DNA of 38,471 nucleotides from a virus. Below the pieces are notes generated by a model. That model searched no databases and had not been told where the DNA came from. It was given only the letters and a program-made list of their open reading frames with translations. The position numbers and the translations under genes are program-made. This document shows, piece by piece, positions 35,822 through 38,471 of the stretch (position 1 is its first letter; the number at the start of each line of letters is the position of its first letter). The stretch lies in UHGV virus genome UHGV-0091782. The stretch is one strand, 5' to 3'.

Positions 35822-36690
35822 CTCATGTAGTTAGTTTTTCTGGCGGGAGAACATCCGCATATCTTGTTCACCTGATGGAAGAACAAAGAAAGGCTGGCAA
35901 TAACGTCTGCTACATCTTTATGGATACCGGTTGCGAACATCCGCTGACATACCGCTTTATCCGGGAGGTTGTGAAGTTCTGGGACATACCACTAACTGTG
36001 TTACAGGTCGATATAAATCCTGAGCTTGGGCAGCCAAATGGTTATACAGAATGGGAGCCAAAGGATATTCAGACACGAATGCCGGTGCTTAAACCGTTTA
36101 TGGACATGGTTAAAAAGTACGGCACGCCATACATCGGCGGCGCGTTCTGTACTGATAGGCTAAAACTCATCCCTTTCACGAAATACTGCGATAACCATTT
36201 CGGGCGAGGTAATTACATCACATGGCTGGGTATTCGTGCAGACGAACCCCGTAGGCTGAAACCGAAATCGGGCGTCCGGTATCTTGCCGAGCTGTCAGAT
36301 TTTGATAAGTCGGATGTTATCCGGTGGTGGCGAAAACAACCTTTTGATTTGCAAATCCCGGAGCATCTCGGGAACTGTGTTTTCTGCATCAAAAAGTCAA
36401 CGCAAAAGCTGGGGCTTGCATGTAAAGACGAACCAGGTCTGATGCGAGTTTTTAATGAGCTGGTTACAGGCAAACACGTCAGGGATAGTCATCGCAGAAC
36501 AGGTAAAGACATTATGTACCGTGGTCACCTGACGCTTGACGGAATTGCCAGAATGTCTGCCAACAGCGACTACAGAAATTTGTATCAGGCGATGGTACAG
36601 GCCAGGCGATTCGATACCGGCTCGTGTTCAGAGTCATGTGAAATCTGGGGTGATCAATTGGAATTGGAATTCAAAGAGGTAGGGGTATGA
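35812..36690 (+). CDS. PAPS-reductase-like (PP-loop ATP pyrophosphatase family) protein
   Basis: VSFSGGRTSAYL PP-loop motif near the N-terminus; start at ATG 35812. Confidence 0.7.
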   Translation: MCITHVVSFSGGRTSAYLVHLMEEQRKAGNNVCYIFMDTGCEHPLTYRFIREVVKFWDIPLTVLQVDINPELGQPNGYTEWEPKDIQTRMPVLKPFMDMVKKYGTPYIGGAFCTDRLKLIPFTKYCDNHFGRGNYITWLGIRADEPRRLKPKSGVRYLAELSDFDKSDVIRWWRKQPFDLQIPEHLGNCVFCIKKSTQKLGLACKDEPGLMRVFNELVTGKHVRDSHRRTGKDIMYRGHLTLDGIARMSANSDYRNLYQAMVQARRFDTGSCSESCEIWGDQLELEFKEVGV

Positions 36691-37031
36691 CAACCGAAAT
36701 TAACTACCATGCACTGCTTGAGCGCGCACGGAATAAAGTGCAGAGCATTGAGTTCGCCTTAACACAGAGTGCATTCGCTGAGATTCGCGCTGAGCTTGAA
36801 AATGATTTAGAACTGGCACGGATTGCACTGGCATCTCTGGAAGTTGAGCCAGATGAACGCGCAGCCTATGAATTATTTATGGAAAAGCGTTTCGGTAAAA
36901 CAGTCGATCGTCGGAGAGCAAAAAACGGCGATAACGAATACATGGCATGGGATATGACTCTCGGTTGGATCGTCTGGCAGCAACGAGCTGGTATCCATTT
37001 TTCAACAATGTCACAGCAAGAGGTGAAATAA
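36687..37031 (+). CDS. Hypothetical early protein (114 aa)
   Basis: ORF track; ATGA/TAATG coupling with neighbours. Confidence 0.45.
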   Translation: MTTEINYHALLERARNKVQSIEFALTQSAFAEIRAELENDLELARIALASLEVEPDERAAYELFMEKRFGKTVDRRRAKNGDNEYMAWDMTLGWIVWQQRAGIHFSTMSQQEVK

Positions 37032-37381
37032 TGGAGCCATACAGCCTCACACTCGATGAGGCCTGTCATTTTCTCAAGATATCCAGACCGACTGCCATTA
37101 ACTGGATACGCACAGGGCGTCTTCAGGCAACACGCAAAGATCCCACTAAGAATAAATCTCCTTACCTCACAACACGACAAGCCTGCATTGCGGCTCTTCA
37201 GTCTCCGCTGCATACTGTCCAGGTGAGCGCGGGTGATGGCATAACAGAGGAAAGAAAATGTCACTCTTCCGCAGAGGTGAAATATGGTACGCCAGTTTCA
37301 CATTGCCGAACGGTAAAAGATTTAAACAGTCTCTTGGAACAAAGGACAAAAGGCAGGCGACAGAACTCCATGACAAGCTAA
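37031..37381 (+). CDS. xis: Excisionase (P22 Xis-like), overlapping the start of int
   Basis: [33 protein letters not shown]... HTH typical of excisionase/AlpA-type proteins; AGGTG upstream. Confidence 0.7.
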   Translation: MEPYSLTLDEACHFLKISRPTAINWIRTGRLQATRKDPTKNKSPYLTTRQACIAALQSPLHTVQVSAGDGITEERKCHSSAEVKYGTPVSHCRTVKDLNSLLEQRTKGRRQNSMTS

Positions 37382-38421
37382 AGGCTGAAGCATGGCGGGT
37401 CAGCAAACTTGGTGAAATACCTGATATAACGTTCGAGGAAGCGTGTGTCAGGTGGCTTGAAGAGAAAGCACATAAAAAATCACTGGACGATGACAAAAGC
37501 CGGATCGGATTCTGGCTTCAACATTTCGCAGGAATGCAACTAAGAGACATTACTGAATCAAAAATTTATTCAGCAATGCAGAAAATGACGAACCGGCGTC
37601 ATGAGGAAAACTGGAAACTCAGGGCAGAAGCATGCAGAAAAAAAGGGAAACCTGTTCCAGAATACACGCCAAAACCAGCGTCCGTTGCAACGAAGGCTAC
37701 GCATCTTTCATTTATAAAGGCCCTACTAAGAGCCGCAGAGCGTGAATGGAAAATGCTGGATAAGGCACCAATTATTAAAGTGCCTCAACCAAAGAATAAA
37801 CGGATCCGCTGGCTGGAGCCCCATGAAGCACAAAGGCTGATTGATGAATGTCCGGAGCCATTAAAGTCTGTTGTTGAATTTGCACTGGCAACAGGCTTAA
37901 GACGCTCGAACATCATCAACCTTGAATGGCAACAAATAGACATGCAGCGCCGGGTGGCATGGATAAACCCGGAAGAGAGTAAATCAAACCGCGCAATTGG
38001 CGTTGCGCTGAATGATACTGCATGTCGCGTATTGAAAAAACAAATCGGGAATCATCACCGTTGGGTATTTGTGTACAAGGAAAGCTGTACCAAACCAGAC
38101 GGAACGAAAGCGCCAACGGTCAGGAAGATGCGGTATGACGCAAACACAGCCTGGAAAGCGGCGCTGAGACGGGCTGGTATTGATGATTTCAGATTTCACG
38201 ACTTGAGACACACCTGGGCAAGCTGGCTGGTTCAAGCCGGAGTCCCGTTGTCAGTGTTACAGGAAATGGGAGGCTGGGAGTCTATCGAAATGGTTCGTCG
38301 ATATGCTCACCTTGCACCTAATCACCTTACCGAACACGCACGGCAAATAGACTCGATCCTGAACCCATCGGTCCCAAATTTGTCCCAGTCAAAAAATAAG
38401 GAAGGTACTAATGATGTGTAA
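37258..38421 (+). CDS. int: Tyrosine integrase (P22 Int-like), transcribed toward the att site
   Basis: [24 protein letters not shown]... N-terminus and C-terminal ...[42 protein letters not shown] catalytic region (R, H-x-x-R, Y); 14 nt from the tRNA 3' end. Confidence 0.9.
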   Translation: MSLFRRGEIWYASFTLPNGKRFKQSLGTKDKRQATELHDKLKAEAWRVSKLGEIPDITFEEACVRWLEEKAHKKSLDDDKSRIGFWLQHFAGMQLRDITESKIYSAMQKMTNRRHEENWKLRAEACRKKGKPVPEYTPKPASVATKATHLSFIKALLRAAEREWKMLDKAPIIKVPQPKNKRIRWLEPHEAQRLIDECPEPLKSVVEFALATGLRRSNIINLEWQQIDMQRRVAWINPEESKSNRAIGVALNDTACRVLKKQIGNHHRWVFVYKESCTKPDGTKAPTVRKMRYDANTAWKAALRRAGIDDFRFHDLRHTWASWLVQAGVPLSVLQEMGGWESIEMVRRYAHLAPNHLTEHARQIDSILNPSVPNLSQSKNKEGTNDV

Positions 38422-38435
38422 CTTATTGATTTAAA

Positions 38436-38471
38436 TGGTGCCGATAATAGGAGTCGAACCTACGACCTTCG
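38436..38471 (-). tRNA. thrW: tRNA-Thr(CGU), thrW-type, 3' 36 nt only (gene runs off the window end)
   Basis: Reverse complement cgaaggtcgtaggttcgactcctattatcggcacca matches the thrW 3' end as I recall it, including CCA. Confidence 0.75.

Larger units (their letters stand above)
543..38471. mobile_element. Integrated temperate prophage (SfV/KplE1-like mosaic myovirus-type), about 37.9 kb, at tRNA-Thr
   Basis: Flanking tRNA 3'-end direct repeats; complete int/xis, cI/cro, replication, Q, lysis, terminase, portal, capsid and contractile-tail modules in colinear order. Confidence 0.8.

Noticed and set aside
1-38471. CRISPR array
   Set aside because: No regularly spaced short direct repeats were seen; the repeats present are att copies, 72-bp cargo repeats, iterons and operator palindromes.

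Overview
The window is essentially one complete-looking temperate prophage (about 37.9 kb, 543-38471) inserted at the 3' end of a tRNA-Thr(CGU) gene. It starts inside a truncated P4-type integrase from a neighbouring, older island and ends inside the tRNA gene. All assignments are from reading the six-frame translations and the DNA by eye; no database search was run. The prophage is a mosaic of the Shigella SfV / E. coli KplE1 (CPS-53) type: HK97-like head and packaging genes, a Mu-like contractile tail and baseplate, a lambda-like S-R-Rz/Rz1 lysis cassette, a QuuD-like Q antiterminator, a cI/Cro-like switch and P22-like Xis/Int. Virion, lysis, Q, replication and cro-like genes are on the minus strand; cI and the early-left operon ending in xis-int are on the plus strand. 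The best candidate for an undescribed system is the left-arm cargo region (about 600-6064), between the att copy and the tail-fibre genes. It holds a HEPN-motif protein with a trailing palindrome and a small hydrophobic ORF, a strongly AT-rich 4-TM coiled-coil protein bracketed by 72-bp direct repeats, two degenerate tRNA-Pro-like att fossils, and an Oac-like O-antigen acyltransferase. A second candidate is an AT-rich HNH-like gene on the opposite strand between Q and the lysis genes. Other points: a -1 frameshift site in the tail chaperone, TGACGG iterons inside the replication gene, operator palindromes at the cI/cro switch, tandem terminators with no N homologue in the early-left operon, and one frameshifted early gene.
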